This document shows, in pieces, positions 17,793 through 28,531 of a stretch of DNA of 64,000 bases (position 1 is its first letter; each line of letters begins with the position of its first letter). Location: positions 1-64,000 of the forward strand of contig JAWLHY010000017.1 in assembly GCA_041690135.1 (NCBI GenBank), read 5' to 3'. This DNA comes from Armatimonadota bacterium. Lineage in GTDB: Bacteria > Armatimonadota > SYMT01. The notes beneath the pieces were generated by a model. It was not told where the DNA came from, ran no database searches, and worked only from the letters and a program-made list of their open reading frames with translations. Position numbers and translations under genes: made by a program.

Positions 17793-19409
17793 ATGAAGAC
17801 TTTCACCACTCTTCAACGCTGGATCGGATCGGGCGCGCTGCGCAAGCACCATCCGCTCCCAACCGACCTCCATCCTTCCACACTCCCATACTCCCGCTCG
17901 CAGAGCGCCTCTGGACGCGGGTGGAAGGTCGCCGTAGCGGTCCTGCTTTCCCTCGGCGTGGGCGCGACCACCTCCGCCCACCGGGTGGAAGCGCAGGCCC
18001 CGAAACGCCTGAATGTCCTGATGATTGCCGTCGATGACCTGAAGCCGACCCTCGGCTGCTACGACAACTCGCTGGCGATCACGCCCAGCATCGACCGGCT
18101 CGCCGCCCGGGGGATGGTCTTCAACCGGGCCTACTGCCAGCAGGCGGTCTGCTCTCCCTCGCGCAACTCGCTGCTCACGGGCCGGCGTCCCGACACGATC
18201 AAGATCTACGACCTCGCGACGCACTTCCGGACCACCCTGCCGGACGTGGTCACGCTGCCCCAGCACTTCAAGCAGCAGGGCTACCACAGCGAGGGAATGG
18301 GCAAGATCTACCACGTGGGGCACGGCAACTACGACGACGTCCATTCCTGGAGCATCCCCTCCTGGCCCCCGAACCGCCGGGGACCGCTGCCGAAGAAGCC
18401 GGCTGTTTCGGAGTGCCAGGCGCGGCAGCCGAAGCCCCAGCCGCGGCGGCCCACGCGCGAGGAGCGGGGCCCGGCCTACGCCGCGCCGGACGTGCCGGAT
18501 AACGGTTTGTTCGACGGCAAGCTGGCGGACCACGCCGTCGAGCGTCTCCGGATGCTGAAAGGCCAGGAGAAACCGTTCTTCATGGCGGTCGGCTTCCAAA
18601 AGCCGCACCTGCCGTTCATCGCCCCGAAGAGGTACTGGGACCTTTACGACCCGGCGAAAATCCGGCTTTCATCCACCCGGGAGATTCCCGCGGAGGCGCC
18701 TGGATTTGCGGGGAACGGGTCCGGCGAGCTCCGGACCTACGACGGTACGCCGCTGAAGGGACCCGTTCCGGACGAGATGGCACGGACCCTGATTCACGGC
18801 TACTATGCTTGCGTCAGCTATATGGATGCGCAGGTCGGTAGGATCCTGGAAGAGCTGGACCGATTGGGTTTGCGGGAGACCACCGTGGTGGCGCTATGGG
18901 GCGACCACGGCTGGCACCTGGGCGATCACGGCCTCTGGGCCAAGCACACGAACTTCGAGCAGGCGACGCGCGCCCCACTGATCGTGAGTGCGCCCGGAAT
19001 GCGGGCCGCAGGGAAGAAGACGGACGCCCTGGTGGAGTTCGTGGACCTCTACCCATCCCTGTGCGAACTCGCGGGAGTGCCGGCATCGGACGGTCTCGAA
19101 GGGACGAGCTTTAAGCCACTGCTGGATCGGCCGCAGCAGCGCTGGAAGACGGCGGCCTTCAGTCAGTACCCGCGCGGGATTCCGATGCAGGGGTCCGGCA
19201 TGGGGCACTCCATTCGCACGGACCGCTACCGGTTGACGGAATGGACCGTCCCCGGCAAAGGTTTCAGTGCGGTGGAGCTGTACGACTACCAGGCGGATCC
19301 GGAGGAGACGGCGAACCTCGCTGGACGGGCGGAGCACGCGGCGCTCGTAGCGGAGTTGAAACGGAAGCTGCGCCAGCCCTGGCAGACCTTCTTACCAAAG
19401 CCCAATTGA
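17793..19409 (+). CDS. FGly sulfatase (iduronate-2-sulfatase-like)
   Basis: VDDL, CSPSRNSLLTG, GKIYH, GFQKPHLPF, GDHGWHLG; ATG directly after the upstream stop. Confidence 0.93.
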   Translation: MKTFTTLQRWIGSGALRKHHPLPTDLHPSTLPYSRSQSASGRGWKVAVAVLLSLGVGATTSAHRVEAQAPKRLNVLMIAVDDLKPTLGCYDNSLAITPSIDRLAARGMVFNRAYCQQAVCSPSRNSLLTGRRPDTIKIYDLATHFRTTLPDVVTLPQHFKQQGYHSEGMGKIYHVGHGNYDDVHSWSIPSWPPNRRGPLPKKPAVSECQARQPKPQPRRPTREERGPAYAAPDVPDNGLFDGKLADHAVERLRMLKGQEKPFFMAVGFQKPHLPFIAPKRYWDLYDPAKIRLSSTREIPAEAPGFAGNGSGELRTYDGTPLKGPVPDEMARTLIHGYYACVSYMDAQVGRILEELDRLGLRETTVVALWGDHGWHLGDHGLWAKHTNFEQATRAPLIVSAPGMRAAGKKTDALVEFVDLYPSLCELAGVPASDGLEGTSFKPLLDRPQQRWKTAAFSQYPRGIPMQGSGMGHSIRTDRYRLTEWTVPGKGFSAVELYDYQADPEETANLAGRAEHAALVAELKRKLRQPWQTFLPKPN

Positions 19410-19517
19410 CGCGGGTCTGCGCGTGGGGAAGTCCACCCTGCATCTTCCCGATCAACCCGCCATAAATCCGTAGAAGTAACAGGTATGGGGATGCTTCCCC
19501 GCCTGAGGAGCTGCACG

Positions 19518-20588
19518 ATGGACTGGATTCTGCCTATTCTCGGCGTGCTTGGCGCCGTCTTTCTCGTGATCCTGTTGTTGATCGCCGTCGCCATATTCGC
19601 CTTCCGCCGGAAGCTGAAGAACGCAATGGCGGGCTTGTCGGACCTCAAGTACTCCGTCGTGCCCCGGCGCCTCCACCTGGTTCCCGTGGATCATATCGAG
19701 TGGAAGGACCCGGAGCGCGCCCGCGCGGAGACGTCCCAGTTGACGGCTCTTGGATTCCAGCCCGCCGGCTCCTACAACGTGGAGGAGATGGACTTCCTGC
19801 GGATCGAGGCCTTCGCCCGCCCCGGTGACTATCTGTACGCGGCCGTCTACGAACACGACAAGGCGGGGATCTGGACGGACCTCGTCTGCCGCTACCAGGA
19901 CGACACCAGCCTGACCGTTACCAACAACCGGGAAGGCAGCGAGATGGACCAGCGCCCCGGCCACGGCAACATCTACGATCCGGGCGCCAGCGTGGAGAAA
20001 ATCTATCAACGGATCCTGCAGGAGCGGCCGAACCGGGCGATGCTGCCCGTGTCGGCGGCGGAGTTCAAGCCGGTCTTCGAGAAAGCTTACGCCGATAGTA
20101 TGGACTGGCGGAATAGCCGCGGGGGCGCCACGGAAGACGAGATCCGGGCGATCATGGCCGCGACGGGTCAGGAAGTCGACGAAGAGACGGTCGCGGAGAT
20201 CCGCAAGGCCAAGGAGAACGAGGCCTTCAGCAACATGCAGGAGACCCTGCGGGAGAAGTTCGAAGAGGAGACCTCTCTCTCAGTCCCCGAATGGGAGCGT
20301 GTCCGCGATCGCCTGCTGTTTATTTACGACGGCCCGTCTCCGGAGTTGATAGCGGAGATGTTCTTGTCCAGCCGGGTGGATGCGGATGAGGAGTTCGACT
20401 ACGACGCTGAACTGGAGCGCGCCCGTGCCACGGTGGAACAGGCCGGGTCGGCCCGGGCGGGGTTTGCCGCCCTGGTGGCGCCGCTGACCGGAGACCGCGC
20501 CTACGAACGGCTCGGCACGGTCTCCGGTGCGGTGGTCGCCGACGTTTGGGTCCAGCCGGATCCGGAGTTCGACGTAGAAGACGAGTAG
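19518..20588 (+). CDS. Membrane-anchored hypothetical protein
   Basis: N-terminal TM helix followed by RRK, then an acidic soluble domain; start 19485 or 19518. Confidence 0.75.
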   Translation: MDWILPILGVLGAVFLVILLLIAVAIFAFRRKLKNAMAGLSDLKYSVVPRRLHLVPVDHIEWKDPERARAETSQLTALGFQPAGSYNVEEMDFLRIEAFARPGDYLYAAVYEHDKAGIWTDLVCRYQDDTSLTVTNNREGSEMDQRPGHGNIYDPGASVEKIYQRILQERPNRAMLPVSAAEFKPVFEKAYADSMDWRNSRGGATEDEIRAIMAATGQEVDEETVAEIRKAKENEAFSNMQETLREKFEEETSLSVPEWERVRDRLLFIYDGPSPELIAEMFLSSRVDADEEFDYDAELERARATVEQAGSARAGFAALVAPLTGDRAYERLGTVSGAVVADVWVQPDPEFDVEDE

Positions 20589-20620
20589 AAGACGAGCAGA
20601 AGACGAAGGATAGCCCGGTT

Positions 20621-21565
20621 CTACTCCAGCACCAGCGAGTTGGACAGGGCGTTTCCGAAGTTCTGGAAGTCCTTGAAGCTCCACACGACTTTCTTGTCGC
20701 GGGTGACTTCCACGATCTGCGGGTTCTCCGGCCCGGCGTGGCAGTTGCCCAGCACGATGTTGCCGTTTTTCAGGACCTGCAGCGTGGTCACCCAGGCGAG
20801 GGTGACTCCGGGCAGGTCCTTCTGGTGCAGGCTCCAGACGATCTCTTTCCCCGGGGTCACCTCAATCACGCTGTGGCCGTTCCCGGTGGTGATCAGCGTG
20901 TTCCCGTTGGGAAGGCGGAGCGCGGCGAAGCATTGGTTCCCCCAGGCCTCGGGTCCGTGACCGCCCCGCGGCGCCCGGTCGAACAGGGGCACCGCGTATT
21001 CCCACACCACTTTCCCGCTGCCGTCATACTCGCGCACGGCGCCGTCGCGCTCGTGGCACACCAGGTAATGGCCGTTGTCCAGCTTGCGGGCGAGCCGGGT
21101 ATCGGAGTGGGCATCCGGGTGGTTCACCTTCAGCTTGATCTCTTTTCGCACCTTCCCTTCCCGATCCACTTCCAGGATGCGCGCCGGCCCGGACTCGACG
21201 ACCATCGTGGAGCCTTCGTTGAGACGCTGGAATGCGTGCACTTCGACACGCTTCCCATCGTTGCCGTTCATCCGGCCCGCGTCGTAGTTCCACACCACCT
21301 GGTCCGTGCGGGGATCGACTTCCACCAGTTGGGTGAAGGAACGCTGGAATAGAATATTCCCGTTCGGCAGCCGGTGCAGGTCGTGGATATTGTCGATCCG
21401 GTGCTGCCACTCGATTTTGCCGTCCGGCCCCAGGATCGCGATCCGCTTGGTGCTGTAGTCCGCCGCCAGCACCCGCCGCCTGGGGCTCTCCTGCGCTTCC
21501 GCACGAGCTATCATACCTGCGGAACCCGCCATCGCTAGCAGGCCCAGAAAACTTCGTCGTTGCAT
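20621..21565 (-). CDS. Tat-exported beta-propeller protein (arylsulfotransferase/PQQ-like repeats)
   Basis: MQRRSFLG Tat motif; repeated RLxNGNxL and GKVVWEY blades. Confidence 0.85.
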   Translation of the reverse strand: MQRRSFLGLLAMAGSAGMIARAEAQESPRRRVLAADYSTKRIAILGPDGKIEWQHRIDNIHDLHRLPNGNILFQRSFTQLVEVDPRTDQVVWNYDAGRMNGNDGKRVEVHAFQRLNEGSTMVVESGPARILEVDREGKVRKEIKLKVNHPDAHSDTRLARKLDNGHYLVCHERDGAVREYDGSGKVVWEYAVPLFDRAPRGGHGPEAWGNQCFAALRLPNGNTLITTGNGHSVIEVTPGKEIVWSLHQKDLPGVTLAWVTTLQVLKNGNIVLGNCHAGPENPQIVEVTRDKKVVWSFKDFQNFGNALSNSLVLE

Positions 21566-21709
21566 GGTCACTCCCGTCTGCCGCTCCTTCAGGAGCATCT
21601 CGAGCTCACTCTGATCAAAGGGGCAGGCCAGGGCGAGTGCATACCGCCATAACCTGCCCCCCTTTGCTCTTCTTTGCGGTTTCGCGTATCAGCGCGAGAC
21701 TGCGCGGAT

Positions 21710-23263
21710 TTACTCGTCCGCCTCGCCTCCCGCTTTCGGCTCGGTCAGCCAGAAGCTGGCGACGAAGCCGGCCAGGTAAACGACGAGGGCCACGAGTGCC
21801 GCCGACACCGCCAGGCGGGCGGGAGCGCTGTCGCCAGGAACCATCGTTTCCAACCGGGTGGTGACGAGTGCCGCTGAAGTCCCGATCAGGCGCCCGCCGA
21901 TGTTGGCCGCGAAGCTCTCACCGGTGCCCCGGAGGTGGACCGGGTAGACCCGGGGCAGGTAGTTCCCCCAGAAGCTGAACTGCGCCACCGTAAACAGGCC
22001 GGCCAGGAATACGCCCCACTGGAACAACTCGAGATCGTTCCGACCGGGGAAGTAGAACACCAGCGGAATGATAAGCAGGCCGGGGATCTGGAAGACCCGC
22101 AGGAGGGTGCGCCGGCTGACGATGATCACGGCCAGGAAGGCCAGGATGATGCGCCCAACCAGGCCCCCCATCTCCTGGCGGAACTGCACTTCGCTGACCA
22201 TGGTCTGGGTGGAGCCGCGCACCTTGGCGGCGGCCGCCGGGAGCTTCTCGATGATGGCATCGACCTGGGCAGGCTCCAGGGCGGCTAGTTGGGGGATAGC
22301 GCGTACTGCATCGGCTCGCTGGGCGGGCGGCTTCCGGGCCGCCTCGGCCAGCTGGCGCATGGCGGGGCCGGCCTGCTCGCGCGGCAGTGCGGCAACTTCA
22401 GGGATCGATTCCCGCATGATGCTGCGGGATTGGGCGACGACTTCCGGAAGGCCCGGCACGATGCGCGGGATCTGCTGGATGGCGCCGAAGGCCGCCGCAT
22501 AGCCGCACGCCATGATGATCGTGGAGACGATCGTGGTGCGGCGCAGGGCCGGCTGGAAGATCTCGCCCAGGCTGGGGCGGCGCAGGGTGCCGGCGGCCTT
22601 CTTCTGCTGCCAGACCGGGGATTCCGGCAGGAAGGGGCGGATGATGATCAGCGGAATGGCGGGGATAACGCCCGAGATCAGGGTGTACCGCCAGGCGTCG
22701 TGCGCGCCGTGAATGGGGGGGAGGGCCTCCGCGTAGCGCACGCTGAGGTAGTAGGCCGTGGTAACCAGGACGCCTCCCAACGAGGAGAAGGCCTGGGTCC
22801 AGCCGAGGATGGCTTCCTTCTGCTTGGGATCGTGGAACAGTTCGGCCAGCCAGGCCACCGCGGCTACGAACTCCACACACACCCCGATGAACGTCGTGGT
22901 GCGGAAGAAAAGGAGCATTTCCAGTGACTGCGCGAAGCCCGCCGCAAAGGCCGAGCCGGCGTAGAGGAGAATACTCCAGGTAAGGACGCGGCGGCGACCG
23001 AACCAGTCGGTGAGGTAGCCCCCAAGGAGGCCGAAGATCCCGCCGAATAAAGCGGGAACGTAGAAGAAGGCGGCCACCCAATCGAGGAACGCCTGCGAGC
23101 CCGGTTGAAGGCCGCCCATCTGGGTGAGAGCGGGCGGCACTACCAGCGGAGCCATCAGCAACTCGTAGATGTCAAAGGCGAATCCGATGGAGGCGATGGT
23201 GCAGATCAGCCACTGGGTCGGGGTCAGGCGGAGGCGGCCCGGGTTGCCGGATTGTTCACTCAT
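21710..23263 (-). CDS. MFS transporter
   Basis: GYLTDWFGRRRVL motif A; YPVHLRGTG; multiple TM helices. Confidence 0.92.
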   Translation of the reverse strand: MSEQSGNPGRLRLTPTQWLICTIASIGFAFDIYELLMAPLVVPPALTQMGGLQPGSQAFLDWVAAFFYVPALFGGIFGLLGGYLTDWFGRRRVLTWSILLYAGSAFAAGFAQSLEMLLFFRTTTFIGVCVEFVAAVAWLAELFHDPKQKEAILGWTQAFSSLGGVLVTTAYYLSVRYAEALPPIHGAHDAWRYTLISGVIPAIPLIIIRPFLPESPVWQQKKAAGTLRRPSLGEIFQPALRRTTIVSTIIMACGYAAAFGAIQQIPRIVPGLPEVVAQSRSIMRESIPEVAALPREQAGPAMRQLAEAARKPPAQRADAVRAIPQLAALEPAQVDAIIEKLPAAAAKVRGSTQTMVSEVQFRQEMGGLVGRIILAFLAVIIVSRRTLLRVFQIPGLLIIPLVFYFPGRNDLELFQWGVFLAGLFTVAQFSFWGNYLPRVYPVHLRGTGESFAANIGGRLIGTSAALVTTRLETMVPGDSAPARLAVSAALVALVVYLAGFVASFWLTEPKAGGEADE

Positions 23264-23607
23264 GTCCGTTTCGTGCTTTCTTCCTCGCTGGGAGCGGCCC
23301 CGCCAGGGCGACGGTCTCCGCCCGCCGGAAGCGTGGGTGCTCGCTTCCGGTGCGGCCCTCTCCGAACATCGCCGCCCCTGCGGCGGCGGAAATCTGGATC
23401 AAAACTGTAAAGCGGTAAAGAGGGCTCGCAATAGAGAATGTCCTAGGCGCACCCCCGACTCTCCTGCATGCCGGGCCGCCCCTGTTGACGGAATAGCAGA
23501 AATGCTACATCTGCTGCCCGCCCGGGCAGCAGCCGGGGCGCAGGGGGGCCGGGGGTGGTCTGTCCAATCTAATGACAGCATTGCCGATTCGAGAAAGGTG
23601 GGATGGG

Positions 23608-24324
23608 ATGAGAACGTGGCTCCTGCGCCTGGGCACCGGCGGTGCCGCCGTGGCGGCAGCACTGACCCTGGCGTCCGCATCGGGCACCCCTTCGGCCGCC
23701 CAGGATGGCCGGCTGGAGGTGTTGTTCAACGGTAAGAACCTCGACGGCTGGTACACCTACATTCCCGACCACGGGAAGAACAGTGATCCGCTCGGCATCT
23801 TCAAGGTCGAAGATGGCGTGATCCATGTCAGCGGTCAGAAGTTCGGCTACATCTCCACCGAAAAGGAATACAGCAACTACCGTATGAGCCTGGAGTTCAA
23901 GTGGGGGCAGAAGAAGTGGCCGCCACGTGAGAACGCCGTCCGGGACGCCGGGCTGCTGTATCACTGCAACGGAGACGATATGGTGTGGGCCAACTGCCTG
24001 GAGTTACAGATCCAGGAGAAGGACACGGGCGATATGTGGTTGATTCCCGGCAAGGAAAAGAGCCCCTCGGTCCAGGTGCTGGGGCAATCTTACGGCGGGG
24101 ATGAGAAATACAACCGGGTGGTGAAGTGGGCCGACCACGAGAAACCACACGGGGAATGGAATAAGGTCACGGTGGTCGCCCGGGGCAACCGCTTCGAACA
24201 CTGGGTGAACGGCAAGTGCAACCTGCGCGGTGTCAATGCCAGCCTTACGAAAGGTCGCATCCAGCTCCAGTCGGAAGGGGCCGAGCTCTACTATCGCAAC
24301 ATCGTGCTGGAGCACCTTGATTGA
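23608..24324 (+). CDS. DUF1080 (3-keto-disaccharide hydrolase-like) protein
   Basis: LFNGKNLDGW, ELQIQE, GEWNKV, GRIQLQSEG; signal peptide. Confidence 0.9.
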   Translation: MRTWLLRLGTGGAAVAAALTLASASGTPSAAQDGRLEVLFNGKNLDGWYTYIPDHGKNSDPLGIFKVEDGVIHVSGQKFGYISTEKEYSNYRMSLEFKWGQKKWPPRENAVRDAGLLYHCNGDDMVWANCLELQIQEKDTGDMWLIPGKEKSPSVQVLGQSYGGDEKYNRVVKWADHEKPHGEWNKVTVVARGNRFEHWVNGKCNLRGVNASLTKGRIQLQSEGAELYYRNIVLEHLD

Positions 24325-24432
24325 GGCGACCGGCTGAGAATTCGTGACGGAGAGAAGCTCCCGGCAACCTCGGCTTGTCGGGAACGTCCTAACGGATAAA
24401 CCGGAGTCCAGCTAACATCCAGAAGTTGCTAC

Positions 24433-26115
24433 ATGCGAGTGCCACGTAATCGACCTAGTCTGAACCTACTTCGACGTGACCGGTGGCCGATCTATACCGC
24501 AATCATCGCGGCGGGATTGATACCGGTTGCCGTCGCGGTATCGGACCGCCCCGTCGCCGCTGCCCAGGCCGCGCAGTCCCAGCCGTCGACCCTGATCAAT
24601 CAGTGGGTCGAGCGCCGGTGGTCGGCAAAACAGGTGAGCCCCGCTCCGGGGGTGGATGACCGCGCCTTCGCGCGGCGGGTTTACCTGGATCTCGCCGGGC
24701 GCATTCCGACTCCCAGTGAGGTCGATTCGTTTGTTGCCGATCCGGGTGATGACCGCCGGCCAAAGCTGGTGGACCGTCTGCTCGCCTCCCCGGAATACGC
24801 GCAGCGGATGCGGGACGTCTTCGACGTGGTCTTTATCGGACGGAAGCCGGAGGGTCAGCGCCGGCGCCGCGCTCCTAACCCCGAAGGTCTGCGGGGGGAG
24901 TGGCTGGCATATCTGGAGCGCTCCTTTGCCGAAAACCGGCCCTGGGACCGGATGCTTCAGGACATGCTGCTCTCCCGGCCGGAAACCCCTGCCGAAAAGG
25001 GTGCCGTCTGGTTCCTGTTCTCCCGCCAGGACAAGTATCAGGATATCGCGGAGGCGGTTTCGCCCTCGGTGTTCGGTGTCCAGATCCAGTGCGCCCAGTG
25101 CCACGACCACCCGCTGGCGGAGGAGATCAAGCAGAGCCACTACTGGGGCCTGGTCGCCTTCTTCAACCGCGGTAAGAACCGGATGACGAAGCAGGGACCG
25201 CGAGTGGCGGAGTCGGCTATCGGCGGCTTTGCCAACTTCGCGAACCTGTCCGGAGAGAGTCAGCCGGCACAACTGGTCTTCCTGGGTGCCCCCAAGATCG
25301 ACGAGACCCGGCCGCCGGATGGGGCCAAGGAACAGGACTCTCCAGACCTGTATGAGCCCAGGTCCGAGGGCGCTCCCTCCGATGAGCCGCCCGTGCCGAA
25401 ATTCTCCCGCCGGGCTCGGTTTGTGGAGCAGGTGGTCAATGGCAACCGCCTGGTGGCGCGGGCGGCGGTGAACCGCTTCTGGGCACTGCTGATGGGCCGG
25501 GGGCTGGTCCACCCGGTCGACAAGATGGACTCCCAGCACCCGGCGTCGCACCCGGAGTTACTCGATGATCTGGCTCGAGACTTCGAGGCAAGCGGGTTCG
25601 ATGTGAAGCGCCTGGTGCGTGCCATCGTACTATCCCGCCCCTACCAACTCGACTCCCACCCGGTCGCGGGAGCACAACCGGAACTGTTCGCCAACGGGCT
25701 GGAGAAGCCGCTCACTGCGGAAGTGCTGCACCGCTCTCTGCTAGTTGCCGCCACCGGAAAGGTGGACGCAGCCAACCCGGAACTACGCGCGGAGTTGATC
25801 GAGGCTTTCCCGGACGTCTTCCCGGAGGAGAACCTCTCCTCGCTGCCGCAGACGATGTTCATGACCAACAGCCCGCTCATCCAACAGTTGGTGCGCCCCG
25901 GCGGAGGCAACACCGCGGAGCGATTGGCGGCGATTGCCGATCCCGCGCAGCGCGTGCGGGAGGCGTTCCGTATCGCTTACCACCGAGAACCCGCTCCCGA
26001 TGAGCTGAAGGAGACGATCGCCTACCTCACCGCCCGCAAAGACCGGCCTCAACAGGCCACTACCCAACTCTGGTGGGCGCTTCTGGCGGGCGCGGAATTC
26101 CGCTTCAACCATTAA
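24433..26115 (+). CDS. DUF1549/DUF1553 domain protein
   Basis: RRVYLDLAGRIPT, CAQCHDHP, AVNRFWALLMGRGLV, SHPELLDDLA. Confidence 0.92.
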   Translation: MRVPRNRPSLNLLRRDRWPIYTAIIAAGLIPVAVAVSDRPVAAAQAAQSQPSTLINQWVERRWSAKQVSPAPGVDDRAFARRVYLDLAGRIPTPSEVDSFVADPGDDRRPKLVDRLLASPEYAQRMRDVFDVVFIGRKPEGQRRRRAPNPEGLRGEWLAYLERSFAENRPWDRMLQDMLLSRPETPAEKGAVWFLFSRQDKYQDIAEAVSPSVFGVQIQCAQCHDHPLAEEIKQSHYWGLVAFFNRGKNRMTKQGPRVAESAIGGFANFANLSGESQPAQLVFLGAPKIDETRPPDGAKEQDSPDLYEPRSEGAPSDEPPVPKFSRRARFVEQVVNGNRLVARAAVNRFWALLMGRGLVHPVDKMDSQHPASHPELLDDLARDFEASGFDVKRLVRAIVLSRPYQLDSHPVAGAQPELFANGLEKPLTAEVLHRSLLVAATGKVDAANPELRAELIEAFPDVFPEENLSSLPQTMFMTNSPLIQQLVRPGGGNTAERLAAIADPAQRVREAFRIAYHREPAPDELKETIAYLTARKDRPQQATTQLWWALLAGAEFRFNH

Positions 26116-26131
26116 CCCGAGGCTTTAGTCC

Positions 26132-27451
26132 ATGACTGATGTAAAGAGGCAGGATTGCGGTAGCGTGGACCATAGGGTCCACCGGCGGCAGTTTTTGGAG
26201 GGGATGGTGGCCGGGGGGCTGAGTGTCGCCAGCTTTAGCGGGCTCTTCTCCATTCCAGCTTTCGCCGAACAGGCCCGTAAGGAACAGAAGCACTGTATCC
26301 TGCTCTGGCTCTGCGGCGCTCCCAGCCAGTTCGAGACCTGGGACCCCAAGCCCGGCACGCCCACCGGCGGCCCGTTCCGGAGCATCCCCACCAAGCTGCC
26401 CGGCGTTCAGGTCAGCGAGTTGATGCCGCGCACGGCGACGATCCTGGACAAGCTCTCGGTGATCCGCTCGATGAAGACGGCCCAGAACGAGCACTTCCAG
26501 GCGATCGACCTCCTGACCCGGGGGGATGCGCCACGACCGCCGTTCATCCGACCCACGCTGGGAAGTGTCCTGGGTCAACAACTCGCGCAGCTCGACAGTC
26601 CCATCCCCTCTTTCGTGCTGCTCGATCCCTGCCCGGAAGGCAATGAGTTCAAGGCCTTCAAAGCCGGCAACTGGGCGGGCTGGCTTGGCGCGGAATATGG
26701 ACCGGTCCGGGTCGGCGGTGAGTACAGGATCGAGAACATCGCCCGCGCGGAGGACCTTTCCGAGGCGGACCACGAGCAGCGAGAGGCGCTGCGGCGGTTC
26801 CTTAGCCGGAAGTACGAGAACGACCGCAAGAGTGCGGCGGCCGCCTCTCTCAATGCCGCCTACGAGCGGGTGAAGGGGTTGATGAGCTGCGCCCACCTGT
26901 TCGACCTCGAAAAGATCCCGCAGAAGGACCGGGAACGGTACGGACCTGGAACGTTCGCGCAGCACACCGTATTGGCCCGGCATCTGGTGGAGAACGGCGC
27001 GCCGTTCGTCATGGTGGCCAACGGCATGCCGTGGGATTGCCACGTGCTCAACCACGAGATCCACCAGATGCTGGTTCCGGAGCTGGACCAGGTGATCTAT
27101 CAGCTCATCACGGACCTGGAAGAGCGGGGCCTGCTGGACAAGACGCTGGTGCTGATCATGGGGGAGTTCGGGCGAACCCCGACGCTGAATGACGCTCGCG
27201 GTCGGGACCATTACCCTAACGCCTGGAGTATGGCGATGGCCGGCTGCGGTATCCGGAAGGGGGTCGTATACGGAGCTACCGACACCAACGGCGTGGACGT
27301 GAAGGAGAACCCGGTCGATCAACGGCGGCTCTTCGCCACGGTCTTTTCAGCGCTCGGTCTCGATCCGTACCAGCAATACGACCTTCCCGGTCTACCCTCA
27401 TTCTTCCGGGTCGAGGGGAATGCCGAACCGGTTCGGGAGGTCCTGGCATGA
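26132..27451 (+). CDS. DUF1501 family protein
   Basis: RRQFL, ILLWLCGAPSQFETWDPKP, WDCH, GEFGRTP, GRDHYP. Confidence 0.92.
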   Translation: MTDVKRQDCGSVDHRVHRRQFLEGMVAGGLSVASFSGLFSIPAFAEQARKEQKHCILLWLCGAPSQFETWDPKPGTPTGGPFRSIPTKLPGVQVSELMPRTATILDKLSVIRSMKTAQNEHFQAIDLLTRGDAPRPPFIRPTLGSVLGQQLAQLDSPIPSFVLLDPCPEGNEFKAFKAGNWAGWLGAEYGPVRVGGEYRIENIARAEDLSEADHEQREALRRFLSRKYENDRKSAAAASLNAAYERVKGLMSCAHLFDLEKIPQKDRERYGPGTFAQHTVLARHLVENGAPFVMVANGMPWDCHVLNHEIHQMLVPELDQVIYQLITDLEERGLLDKTLVLIMGEFGRTPTLNDARGRDHYPNAWSMAMAGCGIRKGVVYGATDTNGVDVKENPVDQRRLFATVFSALGLDPYQQYDLPGLPSFFRVEGNAEPVREVLA

Positions 27452-28518
27452 TGAAACCGGAAGTCAAGCGCCTGCACCGCCATATGCTACCGACGGCCGT
27501 CCTGGGCGTAGATGTCCGGGCGGACGGTCGCACCCTCTATGCCGCCTGCATGGATGGTATGTATGAAGTGAGCGCGGAGTCCGGCGAGCCCAAGAAGCTG
27601 TACGCTCACGAGAGCTACGCCTCCGGTGTGGTGTTGTTCGAGGAGACGAATACGCTGGTCTCGGCGGGGTACGACGGCGTGTTGAACTGGTTCGATCTGA
27701 GCGCCGGCAAGCAGGTGCGGAGCGTCAAAGCGCACGAGTTCTGGTCGTGGCAGCTGGCCCGCTCCCCCAGCGGGAAATACGTCGCCTCCGTTACCGGGCA
27801 GTATCTCAGCGGCGGCGAAAAGTACGAGCCGGCGCCGGAGCGGGAGCCTTCAGTGAAGGTTTTCGATGTCGCCTCCGGTGCGCTGGTGCACGCCTTGAGC
27901 CACGTGCCCTCGGTTCAGTCCGTCGTATTCAGCCCGGACAACCGCTATGTGGCCGCGGGGAACCTGATGGGGGAGGTCCGGGTATGGGACCTGTCCTCGG
28001 GCAAGCTGGCCGCGCAGTGGACCACGGACGCCTTCACCAGTTGGGGCATCATCAAAAGCCACTGTTACATCGGCGGCATCTTCTCGCTGGCGTTCACGCC
28101 CGATGGCGAGCATCTGCTGCTGGCGGGAATGGGGCCAATGCGCGATCCGATGGCGGGCAACGGTCGCCAACTCTGGCAGCGTTTCGCGTGGAAGGAGAAC
28201 CCGCCCCGGAAGGTGGATGAGACCCATGCGGGGGAGAGCGGCGAAGGTCTCATGGAAACCCTGGCGGTGCATCCCGGTGGCGGCTGCTTTGTGATGTCGG
28301 GACGCCTCCGCGGCGGGGCGTGGAACACGGCCCTGTTCGGCCTGTCGAATGGCGCGTTGCTCCACTCGTTGAAAACCGATACCCGCGTCACCCGCGCCCT
28401 CTTCTCGCCGGACGGCAAGCGTCTCGTTCTGGGGGGAACCCGCCGGCAGCCCAACTTCGACAAGAACGGCGCCATTCCGGCCTTCGGGCACGTAGATATC
28501 TACGAGATCACCGTTTAG
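27448..28518 (+). CDS. WD40-repeat protein
   Basis: [25 protein letters not shown] repeats. Confidence 0.88.
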   Translation: MMKPEVKRLHRHMLPTAVLGVDVRADGRTLYAACMDGMYEVSAESGEPKKLYAHESYASGVVLFEETNTLVSAGYDGVLNWFDLSAGKQVRSVKAHEFWSWQLARSPSGKYVASVTGQYLSGGEKYEPAPEREPSVKVFDVASGALVHALSHVPSVQSVVFSPDNRYVAAGNLMGEVRVWDLSSGKLAAQWTTDAFTSWGIIKSHCYIGGIFSLAFTPDGEHLLLAGMGPMRDPMAGNGRQLWQRFAWKENPPRKVDETHAGESGEGLMETLAVHPGGGCFVMSGRLRGGAWNTALFGLSNGALLHSLKTDTRVTRALFSPDGKRLVLGGTRRQPNFDKNGAIPAFGHVDIYEITV

Positions 28519-28531
28519 GGAGTAGACACGC

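Noticed and set aside
20576-20608. 11-mer AGAAGACGAGN x3 across a stop codon
   Set aside because: Most simply a local slippage duplication between convergent genes.
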